Part shown: positions 35,544 to 47,990 of the stretch, one piece after another
How positions within the stretch are numbered: the first letter of the stretch is position 1
How the letters are laid out: each line of letters starts with the position of its first letter
Assembly: GCF_018977255.1 (NCBI RefSeq)
Contig: NW_024704744.1
Coordinates: forward strand, 73,346,001 to 73,410,000
Length of the DNA stretch: 64,000 bases
From: Callorhinchus milii
Lineage: Eukaryota
Direction of reading: 5' to 3'
Made by a program: the position numbers and the translations under genes
Notes under the pieces: generated by a model
What the model was told of the DNA's origin: nothing
The model's input: only the letters and a program-made list of their open reading frames with translations
Databases searched by the model: none

Positions 35544-37199
35544 GCCCAGCCACTTGCAACCATCAAGGTTTTTTTTTATTGCGTTTGCTTTACCAGTATA
35601 TTGACCCATTTTCATTTCTGTTAATGTGGGCCACCCGTGAACATTTATCCACGTGAAAGGATGAAAAAAATCGAGCCATCCGCAAAAGTTTTAACATGTG
35701 GAAATTTTTATGTATACACTATATGATGTGCTTCACTCGCAACAGCCAACTAAGTACAACAGAGCAGTAAGTAAACTGAGACTCAGAATTAGGGATCAAT
35801 ATCTCTTGTGGTTCAGTTAGACCTCTCTTGCCATTAAACTCAGTTCCCCATCCAGGATCATAGTTGGACTGTGATGCAAATAAAAAAATAGAAATGGAAC
35901 TAAAACAAAATAAAAACTTTACTGTGAAATAATAAGGTGAGAAATTCAAAAGAAACTTTGCAAACATTTCCAAAACTATCAAGCCAACAATCAGCACTAT
36001 TCATTTGGAAGTATATAATTTGGTTCATGACCTCTTGGCAGTTAGATTAAATGTAGAAATGAAGTGCATTTTACCTTCAGATTTATTATGACTATGTGGG
36101 TTGCTTAAAATATAAAACAAGTCCTATTATAACAGGGAATGGAATCAATTACATAGAAATGAATAGGGAATGCTTTGGAATTCTTCAGTAGTAAGTACAT
36201 TATGATATAAACTACTGTCAGACCCAGCAGGGTTTCACTGTCCTATAGTAAATGCATTTAGCTGGTAAAGAGTTGGATGCAGATACTCAAAGTGCTGTGT
36301 AACTTATAGTGTCCTTATGACTTGCAGCCTGACTTTCCTCGCACGAGATCTACCAATGCCCTAACAGCCTTCACCCTAATCCACTCACCACCACCCCTCC
36401 CATACACACACACAAATGCACACTCATAAATTCTCTTCTGTTGTGGGGATTCAGAGGAAAATGTCTGAATGCAAGAAGTTTCACATGTCACCATCTTAAA
36501 GTCTCTTTGCATTTCCTCTACAATTTTTCTCTGTTAGAACAGGACTTGTTTAATATATTAAAGCAGTCCATATGGTCACAATAAATCTGAAAGTAACATG
36601 CACTTCATTGTCACGCTTCATCTAACTGCCAAGAGTTCTGTCATGAACCAAATCATACATTTGCATGTGAATACTACTGATTATTGATTTAAACCTGAAA
36701 GATCAAGGGAATTTTCTGCCGTGGCATTTCAAAGGCCAATATGAATTTGGAGGAGAATGGGAGTTAGGAACCAGGACATTGAGAAGAAAAAAGAGGCCAA
36801 TATGGTTTTTGTTCACAAACAGAAGAGTTGGGATTGCAAATCAGCACAGGAAATATTCTGACAGAAATGGGGAGGGACAGACACAATAGGCACCACAGAA
36901 AGGGGAAGACGGAGAGAAGAGTTCACAAATAAAAGAGCTTGGAGACTAAAAATGATGTTTGGAGACAGAACAACAAGTTACATTTATATAAGGTACCATT
37001 CACATTGGAGAATATCTCAAAGTTATTCCCATAGTCAGATAGATTTTTACACAAGGTTTCAAATCAGAGAGGAAAGGAGTGAGACAAAGGGAATTTTGGA
37101 AGAGCGGTACAGAAAGCAAGGACAAAGTGTTTGAAAGCTAAAATCTCGCTCATCATTGGAAGGCCAGAAGGAGTGAAGGGCATAAAGCAGGCCAGAAGT

Positions 37200-37460
37200 T
37201 GGTGGAGATCTTATTGAAACAATTCACGATCTTAAAGAGTATAAATGAATTGAACCCAAGTATTCTACATTTCACACAGACACAAACTTAAACAACAAAG
37301 GACTCAAATGAAGGAGGGGGAAGTTGAACAGATTGTTCAGATTAAATTATTTTCACAGAGTGGTGAATCTGTGCAATGCAGAGCAACGATGGAGGTATAT
37401 TGTATCAGCAAATTCAAGAGGGAATACGATAGATTTCTGGCAAAGATATCGATCAAGGAT
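37200..37460 (+). mobile_element. CR1 ORF2 C-terminal fragment
   Basis: GDLIET..ILK; TTTTCACAGAGTGGTGAATCTGTGCAATG (F.QRVVNLWN); KFKREYDRFL. Confidence 0.75.
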
Positions 37461-38040
37461 TCCCTAACGGATATTTTCCTTCTGGGTTTGATACAAACGC
37501 AACACAAATATTCTTCCCCATTTTACACTCTTTGCTTATAAACAGCTGACAGGGAAAGTTACCTGAAAACTGACATTGAGAGCAGAGGCAAAATGCTTAA
37601 GGCGAAAGTACTTTATTAACATTCTATTCGACTCTATATCCCCTCTCCTAAAGCAGACTTCAATGTTCTCTGCTCAACAGGATGACAACAATAAAATGTC
37701 AAAACATAGGGCAAAATCTGAGGTATTCCTTAATTATAGAAATGATAGAATGGAAGGAGACACATCAAGCCTATGTTGCTGTTCATTCCCCACTAGGGCT
37801 CACGGATATAGTAAAAACAATAATAATAGTTTTGTTTGATACAGCACCTTTCACATCAGGATACCTTTCACATCAGTGTTTCACAAACTTTACTGTAAAG
37901 TGCAGTGCCATTTTGTAGATTTAATACCAATAATACCAATTCCTTGCTCCCTCTCATAATCATTTCATGTGGTTCCTCTTTAGATGCTTATCAAAATCCC
38001 TTGAAATATTGTCATGGCCTCAGCTTCAATTGCCACTTAG

Positions 38041-38520
38041 AACCATAGAAATGTACAGAATAGAAGAAGGCCATTCAGCCCAACATGTCTGTTGGCTCTT
38101 TGAAGGTAGAATCAGCCTGAACTGAGCTTCAAGCCACAATTCTCTTTATAATTTTACACACTATTCATCAGGTATTTATTGCTGAGGCTAAAGCATTCAG
38201 TGAATTCCTAATGATTTCACATGAGCAAAATGATAACTTCTTCAACTGAAAACCAGAAAAATATAAGGGTCCAGATATATAGATCTTTAAAGCTTGGGGT
38301 GCAGGTAGAAAAGGCTACAAAAATACTAATGGTAATCCGGTTTAAGTTTGGAATCCAAAAATCCATTCAGTCTCATTTACCTGCCTTTTCCCATATCCTT
38401 ATTGTTGGCTCCTTTTAAGGTATTTATCTAGTTCCCTTTTGAAAGCTAACATGGATTCTGCTTCAACCACCTCTCCCAGCAGGGCATTCCATATCCTAAT
38501 TATTCCTTGCATATGAATGA
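38041..38520 (-). mobile_element. CR1 3' fragment interrupted by an inverted templated insertion (38104-38360)
   Basis: CATAGAAATGTACAG..GAAGGCCATTCAGCCCA..GCTCTTTGAA breaks, then resumes ATCCATTCAGTC..TATTTATCTAGTTCCCTTTTGAAAG..CAGGGCATTCCATATCCTAA. Confidence 0.7.
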
Positions 38521-38959
38521 AAAAAAGTAACTTCCCCATTTGTTTGCTATCTTAACTTGCCCTCTAGTCCCTTCTGGCAAAGCCATTCAATTTACATATG
38601 ATATTGAAAATTAAATCCCTAAATCTTGTATAAATTCATCATTTCCTTACTTTTGCATTCCAAATCTAAACCGGATTACCATTAGCATTTTTGTAGCCTT
38701 TTCTACCTGCACCCCAGCTTTAAAGATCTATGTATCTGGACCGTTAGATTTCTCTGGTTTTCAGTTAATCTAAACCATCACTTAAATCTCCAAAAAGGTT
38801 GTTCTCACATCTAGCTAATGAAGAAGTTATCACTTTGCTCATGTGAAATCATTAGGAATTCACTGAATGCTTTAGCCTCAGCAATAAATACCTAATGAAT
38901 AGTTTGTAAAATTATAAAGAGAATTGTGGCTTGAAGCTCAGTTCTGGCTGATTCTACCT
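38104..38959. repeat. Long inverted repeat: 38104-38360 versus 38651-38959, spacer ~290 bp
   Basis: Arms are reverse-complementary (e.g. GCTGAGGCTAAAGCATTCAGTGAATTCCTAATGATTTCACATGAGCAAA); right arm carries ~52 extra bp (38767-38818). Confidence 0.95.
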
Positions 38960-39927
38960 CCAAGAGGCACACTAGCAAGTTTGTACAAGTGGAGTCTTTG
39001 CATGAGCATTGTTGGTAAATGAATATGTTTGAGTAAGTGCTCTTCTACTGGGTCAATGGCCTTTCTGCACTGGGGTGGGCGATAGGTATCCTTGAGACAT
39101 TTTGTACTGCTGACCTTTGCATGCATGTATCATTTTCAATTGCTAAGATTTCAACAAAAACTCCACTGGTGCAGTTTAAACTTAAATCTTTGTTTATAGC
39201 AGCATGTTTACTATGTTTAGAGACTTGGTACTGTTCTGACTGATGTTAAATGGTGCCTGTCTTATTGTTAATTTCAGTTATTACAGATAATTGTTAACAT
39301 AAGAAGTATGTAATAAGTAAATAACCACAGACGTAGAAAGGCCAGAACTCATCCAAAGAATGTTTCAGTACATGTAATTTCTGTGAGTTTGGTAATGCTA
39401 TGAAAACAAAGCAGATCATGTCTGCTGAGCTGCATCCGTACAAATTAATGATTCGGGTTTCATTTTTTTTTGCACTGGCATAGATCTGTGTCAGCATTTC
39501 TTGCATTTTCCAAAGAAACTGATAGTCTCTGACACAGCTCTCCTTCATTCCAGTGTCACTCTAAGCAGAATAGGGTAAAAGGATTACTCTGGTATACCTG
39601 ACATATCTATTGTCTGCAGAGGCCGAATAAATGAAGTAATTCAACCCCAGCAGAGATAACAAAAGACAATCTGTGTGCAGACTTTTTTTCATTGGCAGTT
39701 TCCCATGAAGTTGCCAAATAGTTTCTAATGGACCTCAATGTTTTTTCACCCGGTGATATAAGCTCATGAGACTTAATTGATCTGAAGTGGTGTAATCCTG
39801 ACTGTGCCACAGGATGAAAGAGTGAAGTCAGTTAACTAAATCGCTAAATATAGGCAAACACAAGAAGAAAGTATTGAGGTGCAAGGCTGAAAATGTAGCC
39901 TCTTTACTAGTACAGCTGGGTTCATAA

Positions 39928-40290
39928 AACCATAAGAAATGCTAGACGAAAAAAAGACCAAGATCCATCTAGTTCACCTTCCACCTTCCTGGCGGTCGCA
40001 TGTACATATAACCCAATCTATCTATGTACCAAACCCATAATGTTATTTCCTAAAAGAAAACTATCTAATCTATTTTTAAGGAATCAACACTTCCTGCTTC
40101 ACCCGTCTCCCAAGGGAGCCTGTTCCACAGGTTTCCTATTCGTTCACTGAAATAGTGTTTCCATAGATTCATTCTGAATTTATCCCCCTTCAATCACAGG
40201 CCATGTCCTCTGGTTTTACTATTCTGGAGTAGTTGAAACAGCCTATCAAGATCTACAGTGTCTAGTACCTTTAGAGTCTTAAAGACAGAA
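39928..40290 (-). mobile_element. CR1 3' fragment
   Basis: AACCATAAGAAATGCTAG..CCATCTAGT UTR; GGGAGCCTGTTCCAC (WNRLP on minus); CCATGTCCTCTGGT (TRGH on minus). Confidence 0.8.
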
Positions 40291-41511
40291 CACATTCACA
40301 TAGAATAGTTAAAAATTGATATATACCTCATTATAACTATGTTTAATAAATCATTTAATTGCTACAATCTTTTTGTATTACTATGAATGTAAATAACAGG
40401 ACTTTACACCTATAAAGATAGAAATTACATATTTTGGAAACATGCTACAATATAGTTATATATATATGTAAGCACCTTTCATGTTGGAAGGACCTTTCAA
40501 AGCTTTCCCCACAAATGGCTTGGAGCCTGACCTTTATTTTTGGGGTGGGGGTGTAAAGGGAAAGATGGCTAAAAGCGCAATTGATTAATGGGCCTTAAGG
40601 CATGGAGGGAGGCTTATCAAGGCAGAGGAGTGCCAGGATGGAGTTTCAGGATCGCTCATAAGACATGTTACTTCCGAGTTATTAACCACTGATAGCCACT
40701 GAAATTAGCCACTGATAGATCTGCATTTGCAGTAACGGAAATGGAACACACAATTGAACGCTTCAAAGAAAAATGTTACACATGCTAGACTTACAATATC
40801 AAACACAGGCATATTCAGTCTGGCAAACACTGAAAAAGATCTAAAGGCAACAGACCTAATTCTTCATAAAATGAACCTCAAGAGATTTTTGCACTTTGCT
40901 TAAAATTACATATAATGTCCTGTAATTATTCTTAATCTATTGTCTTCCATGTTTTTCTCATCTTTTGTGCTTTTCAGGCATTTTGCATATTGTAATCTCA
41001 ATGTTTATTATAATACAGAAATAATCATGATAATACTTGCATTTGATATAGCACTTGCATTATCCCAGACTGAAGCATTTGAGACATTCTCCCCATGTGA
41101 AAGACTTTTTTTAAACACTCCCCATGTGAAAGAGACAGTATAATTGTAAACTGGTATTGTATAACATTGAAGCATCTCAAACCACTTCATAGGAAATTTA
41201 TATGCATAGGAAGTCCTACTGATGTCACTTCCAGAATGCTGTACAGGAAGTGATGTAAGTGGTGACCCGACTACCCAGAAGTTAAGTTATTTTTTAAAGA
41301 GCTGGAAGCCAACTACTCATTAACACATTTTCTTTTTAAAAAAAACTATATAATATCAAAACTTAAGAAATAAGTTAAGGTTGACTGAATATTCATTCAA
41401 AGTTTTTTTTGCCAAAGAACTCAATAAACCTTGATTGTTAATGATTCAGTCAGGTCTGTGATTCATAGTTGAGGGCACAAGTTTTAGGAAACAATAATTT
41501 TAATTCTTGAC

Positions 41512-41711
41512 CCAAAATACTGCAGATGCTGGAAATCTGAAACAAAAACAGAAGTCGCTGAGAACGCTCAGCAGGTCAGGCAGCATCTATGGAGAAAAGA
41601 GCAGAACTTCTTCAAGGTAGGCATTCCTAGAAGAGAAGTGGCAGTGAATTAAGAAACATATTTCTCCATAGATGCTGCCTGACCTGCTGAGTGTTCCCAG
41701 TGACTTCTGTT
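41512..41711. mobile_element. Penelope-like terminal repeats in inverted arrangement (51-bp hairpin arms)
   Basis: CTGCAGATGCTGGAAATCTGAAAC..CTCAGCAGGTCAGGCAGCATCT, recalled as a common chondrichthyan Penelope-associated motif; arms 41547-41597 and 41661-41711 match at 48/51. Confidence 0.7.
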
Positions 41712-41713
41712 GA

Positions 41714-41975
41714 TATTAATTCTTGCATTTGATATATACCTTATCACTTGTTAAAATGCTTCAAAGCACTGCACAGGATTTGTTGTAATATTCAAATGAG
41801 ACCTTGGCCTACTATTTTATCCGAAGGACAGCACCTGTGACAATGCAGAACACCCCCCCTCCACCCCAAGCACTGCACAGAAGTAGCATTCTAGACTATG
41901 AGTTCAAAATCATGAAGTCGGCTTGAATCTCTACTTCTGAGATGAAAGCACTACCAAATGAGCCCACCTGACACC
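41714..41975 (-). mobile_element. Deu-domain SINE, internally deleted
   Basis: TTCTTGCATTTGATA tail; ATCCGAAGGACAGCACCT; GCACTACCAAATGAGCC..CTGACAC head. Confidence 0.75.
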
Positions 41976-43149
41976 ATCAAGAGTTGACATTAATTATAAT
42001 TGTTGCTTTCATCCAGTATGTAGAGAAAACAGCAAAGATTACTTTAGTGCTTAAACCTGCTTCATATTCAGATGCAGTACAGAAAAGTGGACAAATGGTA
42101 TTTTAAACAGAAATGTGTCCTGAAATGGAGACAACTCATAAACACCCAACACCCCCCATTGATCACTTCTCCTCCCCTTGGGACACGAGTGAGCTACCAA
42201 TCCCCTCAAAACCAACTGCCGTTAGTATTCTGTTTTATGACGCAGATGGTTCAGTTAAAGGGATATTTACAAGCAGTAAATGATATTAAGTTACTCCATT
42301 TTCAATCAGTTGTATGAATCAGATTTTACTGCCTGTCACAGTGGTGCCTGGGTTCATGAGAGTGCAGATGTAAATACAGTTTTTGGCAATATTTTACCTA
42401 ATTTACTGCACTTGCTTATGTGCATCAGCTTGCACTTAAAGGGGCTATAACTGTATAAGGCCTACTTGTATTACTTTAGATTTTATGCACAATGTCCCTA
42501 CGAAATATACTCCCCCCCCCCACCCCCCCACTCCCTCTTTCTATATATTATTATCAATGTCAGTCTTGAAATTCCTGCAAAAATGAAATTGATTTAATCT
42601 CTTTGCATGAGTTCATGTCCAACTGTCATGTAAAGAAAGGAGAAAGAAATCTTACAATGCCTTATCATGTCGAAACATATCAAAGTGCTTCAAGTGTAGT
42701 GAATTATAAATGCAAACAAAGTGACTGTTTTGAACAGTAGAAAATGTTTTATTTCAACTGAATATCCTTTGGCCTGTTCCCTCTACAACTTACTTATATT
42801 AAAGTCATCGGTAGATGCTCAAAATTTCTGTTTAATGCTAGTGAAGATTAAAAATAAAAGATTCATCTGTTTATAATAGAATTGTTTTCAATATATCCCT
42901 TGATTAAGGGTATGATTTTTGTTCTTCTGAGTCTGATTTATTGTTTGTTCTTCATTCCTCTGTCCCTACATAGGTGATCAAACCTTCAGTAACTTTGTCA
43001 CCATACTGTGGAACTCTCTTTTAAGATCTCTTCAATTTAGCTTCTCTCCTTGCCTTCAGTATTATTAATCTATCACCGTGCCTTTCATCAATGCCCTCAA
43101 ATTCCCATTCATTCCTCCATTCCCATTGCCTTCAAGATATTCCTCATAT

Positions 43150-43410
43150 TATAATAATAATAGTAATCCTTGCATTTGACATAATGCCTTATCACGTCAT
43201 TGAGACATTTTAAAGCGATTCACAGAATATATTGTAAAATTTATTAACTGTATTTTGTGGGCGAAACATGACAGCCAATTGCACACAGCAGTGTCCCACA
43301 AACAGTTGAGGGATTATTACCCCCGGAAAGTGATCCAACTAACAACCGGGTTCCTACTTACTGCTGGGTAAACAAAGGCATGTGGAGTAAGGAAATGTGC
43401 CTAAGGTTCC
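43150..43410 (-). mobile_element. CORE/Deu SINE, long subfamily, 5'-truncated
   Basis: GGGTTCCTACTTACTGCTGGGTAAACA..GGAGTAAGGAAA; (TAA)n tail. Confidence 0.85.
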
Positions 43411-43499
43411 TATGTGGAAGGAGCTGTGTAAATTGCTGGTCAATGATAGTGTACTTACATGATCAACCATGAGATTCAAGCCAAACAGTAGAAACAACT

Positions 43500-43686
43500 T
43501 TCTTTCAAGGCCGGTCTCAAGACCCTTCTCTTCGATCGTGTCCTTAGTCGCCCTCTCACCTCTCTGTCTTCCCTCACCCCTACACCACCCCTCCCCCATG
43601 CTCGAGTCCCGACACCTGACTATTCAGCGCTTTGGGACATCCTCCCAACGTGAAAGGCGCTCTATAAATGTAATTTTGTTGTTGTT
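43500..43686 (+). mobile_element. LINE-2 3' end
   Basis: TTCAAGGCCGGTCTCAAGACC (FKAGLKT); GGGACATCCTCCCAACGTGAAAGGCGCT; (TTG)n. Confidence 0.85.
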
Positions 43687-44336
43687 TCCTTGCCTGTATT
43701 TATTTCGCTCTCAAAGAAGCATCTTCCATCTTCCTATATTGTCACGGGACTACACAATCAGTTCTTTATCTCCTCTTGTCAAAGTTTGAATTTGCCTCAT
43801 TCTTTATACCTGCCAACATTCCCATGGGAAATGTTTATCTTCTTCCCGGCTTTTACATTATTCCCTTTTACTGTTCCATCATTTTCTGTAGTCTCTACTG
43901 TACTGGGCCCTTCTGATTTACTGTGCTGCTAGTTCATGATCATATCAAGTACACCGAAAATAAATCACACCGTTAACATTGTTAACAGCAGTAACCTGAT
44001 TCTTGATACAATTCTGCAGATTTAAGAAAAAAATATTAATGGGGGAAAAAATTGGAAAATAAGTATTTAAGAAAACAATGCAAATGGATTGCCTAAAGAG
44101 TGTGAGTGCCAAAGGTTAAATAGAACAACATTAATCCAGGCCTTGTGGAAATTTTGCGATCTTTTGAGGCAATAAAATGAGTTGTTACACTGGGGTCTAA
44201 CATACTGTTTAAAGGGACAAGTTTGTAAATGGGCACTTCCTGATTATACTAGAAAAGGAACCATTTTGTTCTCGACAAAGTGTGGACTTCTTTAACTGTG
44301 AAGCCTGATTTTGCAACCAATTTTTTGCCTGTAAGT

Positions 44337-44741
44337 CATGGCCTTGCTCACTCCTACCTCTCCGACCTACTATCCCCCTACTTACCTGCCCGTACCCTCC
44401 GTTCCTCTGGCTCCGGTCTGCTCCACATCCCCCGCCCTAACCGCCTTACCATCGGTGGCCGGGCCTTCAGCCTCTCAGCCCCTAGGCTCTGGAACTCTAT
44501 CCCCCAGTGCCTTCGCCTTGCCTCCTCCCTTTCCTCCTTCAAGGCCGGTCTCAAGACCTTTCTCTTCAACCGTGCCTTCAGCTCCTCTCTCGACTCTCTA
44601 CCCCCTCCTCGCTCCCTCCCTTCCCTCCCCTCACCCTGACCATTTCTCCCCTGCTCGGGTCCTGACCCAACTGTCCAGCACCTTGGGACGTCCTCCCAAC
44701 GTGAAAGGCGCTCTATAATTGAAATCTTGTTGTTGTTGTTG
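44337..44741 (+). mobile_element. Young LINE-2 3' fragment with open ORF2 C-terminus and possible TGTAAG target-site duplication
   Basis: HGLAHSYLSDLLSPYLPARTLRSS..GGRAFS..PRLWNSIP..FKAGLKTFLF uninterrupted; TGTAAG at 44330 and 44740. Confidence 0.95.
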
Positions 44742-45869
44742 TAAGACTTTGCCTCACATAAATAGCACAATGTGGATTTAAGTTGTTTATACTGATCATC
44801 ATCGTACTACAAGTGAGCTGACATCAAGCACAAACATTCCAATTTTTATTATGCAGTACAAAAAATTCAGTACAATTGTGCAACCCGGCTTTATGGTCAT
44901 TAACGTTGAGAATATTGTCGGCGGGAACCACCCCAGTTTACCTAGGGTAAATCCTACTGGTTACCTTGGAAATTTCCAAATGTAATCTATAAATTCAAAT
45001 CCCTTTAAAAAGCTGATGTCAACATCTGAGTAGCTTTATTGCAGCAATGTTAATTTCAGTACTTTAAATTTCATTGTAATGGTTCAGGTGTTACAGCCAG
45101 CCTGCGGGCCAGCAATCCTTGATGTCAGCCCACTTGCAGCACAATGATTATCAATTTACATTTACATACCGCTATTTATGTGTACCAACAACTTGCATTA
45201 GGGTAGCGTCCCGGAGAGCTTGACAGTGGCAGAGTCTGACCCCGAGCCAAGGGGAGAGGGAAGGGGGAGCTGACCGTAAGCACGATCAAAAAGGAAGGTC
45301 TTTAGTGGGATTTGAAAGTGGGGATGGACAAGAATTTGGGCATGTCAGGCTAGAAAGGACCTCATCACAGATTACATACAAAATAACATAGGAGTCATTT
45401 CTACTTGACAATAAATTATATTTATTATACTGAAATATTTTAACATGTGTGTACAAGGGTATGTTTTAAAAAATGTCAATTGATCTGTGCCACAAACATT
45501 CTCACCCTCAGTATACTAATTTGCAGCATGATGGTAAATTATTACAATGCTGGCACCGATGCAATGCAAACTCCACACTCTGATTAATGTTGAGATGCAG
45601 ATAAACTGCAGCAAAAGGAGAGATGGTTAGGACACAGTGCTGCATGTATATTGATTTATAAAATATAGAAAAAAAACTTTAATTCTGTACAAGTTTAACA
45701 TGATTTTAACCCAAAGTGCCAAACTAATTTCTAAGATGGAAAATCTTTGTCAGTTGATGTGTACATTGAATGCAACAGCCTGCAGTAATGTGATCTCATT
45801 ATTTTCCCAATGCAGAGGGATGTTTGTCGGATGTCAAACGACCAACTAATCACTATCCTCATTTGGGGA

Positions 45870-46465
45870 AAGCTGGGTCTCCTGGAGTTGAACTGGCTCC
45901 AAGGTGACATGCTTGGCAATGGAATGTCAGTCCTCTGTGGCGGTTTCTAGTCCGGTCCCTGAGCCAGGCAGGTCCTTGCTCAGGAACCCTGATGACAACA
46001 CAGCCTGCCTGGTTCATCAGCCAGACCTGGAAGGGCAGACCAGTCACTGCGGGCACGGTTAACCCTACAAGCCAAAGCCCTAACGGGTAGGGTGGTCCCA
46101 GCTGGACAAGCAGCATTAAAGCTTCCTGGACAGCAATATCAATGGCAAGCAGTAAGGTTTTAGCTGGTTAGACTCCAGCAGTACTCCAACGTACACTCCG
46201 GGGTACCCAAGCCTTGGCTCTTGCCAACTTGTGCCTAATACTTCCCGAAATTAGAAAAGCAGGATGCGTCCCTTGAGGGAGAGAAAGTGCATCCCATTCC
46301 AACAATCTATCTCTGGGATTTCCACGTGGAGGTGGGATGCATGAAAATCTCATCTTTGTGACATCCTCCCGACATAAGAGGCGGTACACAGATGTCATTT
46401 TTTCTTGTTTGGATACTCTTAAGCATAATGATAAGTTTACGCAAGTGCTGACCCTCAAAAAAATC
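45870..46465 (+). mobile_element. Unclassified ~600-bp dispersed repeat, copy 3 (with SINE/L2-tail insert ~46355-46395)
   Basis: Colinear with 10435-11000; ends GCTGACCCTCAAAAAAA. Confidence 0.75.
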
Positions 46466-47834
46466 AAGATCCATACTGCACCTCGGCTCTTTGATCTACG
46501 ATCTGGCTCTGTGACTGGCAAGAGCAGAAAAGCAGTGTTGTAAATTCATTGCTGAAATTGGCACCTGCTGCAGTGTATCTCAGCTGCATAATTGCTAACT
46601 ACTCTGAGTAATGAAAAATATATTTTTTTTGCCTTTTGAAACAAAAAATAATTACATTAAAACAACCGATTTCATGCAAGCAAAATGCAATCTGCAGTTT
46701 GACAATAATAAATATATAGAAAGGCAATTAAATTAGGGAGTTTACTTTATGAAACAGTGACCTGAACTCCCTGTTTGATAATCGGTAAAAATATTAAGTT
46801 TATTTTTACTGCAATTACCTCAGCCAAAGAAACATCTGACACCAAGCCAACACTTGCTCCAGTTTCTGCTTCTTATTGAGAAATTCCATTAGAAAGTGTC
46901 ATAAATTAGATCCTAATGTTATAGATACATCCAATGCAATACAGAATAAATTCACTAATTGATTTTGTTGCCAACGTTCAGTTTCGTTTTGCAATAAAAA
47001 GCGTAGTTTCACATGCATGGACCAATTCAACCGATGAGCGTTATTTGATGTTTGTTAGTGCAAATGCTAAGCTTGACAATGGTATACACTTGCGAATTGA
47101 CCCATATTCCTCCTGTTTGTTCAGACACATTAACGTTGTTCTACTGAAGAGGGGTGTGTACAATATTTCTTCATCTGACTATGCAAATTGGTAGCTGGAT
47201 TTGCCTGCAAAATACACAATCACTACACCTAACAGCAATTATGTGTGAAGTGCTTTTCAGACATTTCAATATTCTAGGTATCATACCAAATGCAATGATT
47301 ATTATTCCTCTTATTAATATATTGCACTGGTTCTTTCACCTCCTATTGTGAAGAATACTGATGTGTCCGAAATAACTAATTTTGCAAACTATTGCAAGAT
47401 GTTCAGTAACTGCATTCAATATATTATAATATATCCGTGCAAAAACGTCACATTACAGTCTGGATGTCTTGGACTAACAAAATCTAATATATGTAGCAAT
47501 ATGCAGCAATGCCAGATTATATGTCAGATTCCATTTTAAACAGTTTCAATAGTAATAAAGTTGTATGTAAAATGGACTTTATAATGTTTGTGTTTTTGCA
47601 ACTATTACAGCTACAAACTTGAAGCATATTTCCCCAGTGAGAATATCATCTTTCTTCAATTCCAGAAAATATTTTAAAATATTGTATATCAGTTGAATGC
47701 TGAAACAAGCAGAGTAATTATCCAAAGATAGTTCTGTTATTACTTGGCTAAGTGCATTACATGTTTAAACTCTGTGTCTCTTGAAGGTGGGAAGGATGTT
47801 AAAGGAAACTGTTACAAGAAAGGTAACCGTCACA

Positions 47835-47990
47835 GTACAATGGATCAGAACACTGACTTTTCACCTCTGGAACTTGAATTTGAATCCATTCGAAATTGAT
47901 CAAATGGAAATCTCCTTCTTGTAAAGATCTATGCAATATGAGTTTAAATAGCTGCAAATCGATTCCTTGTGGTCCACATCTATAATTTGA
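47835..47990 (+). mobile_element. LF-SINE-like ancient SINE relic
   Basis: CTTTTCACCTCTGG..TTTGAATCCA..CTATGCAATATGAGTT..TTCCTTGTGG resembles recalled LF-SINE motifs in the same order. Confidence 0.45.
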
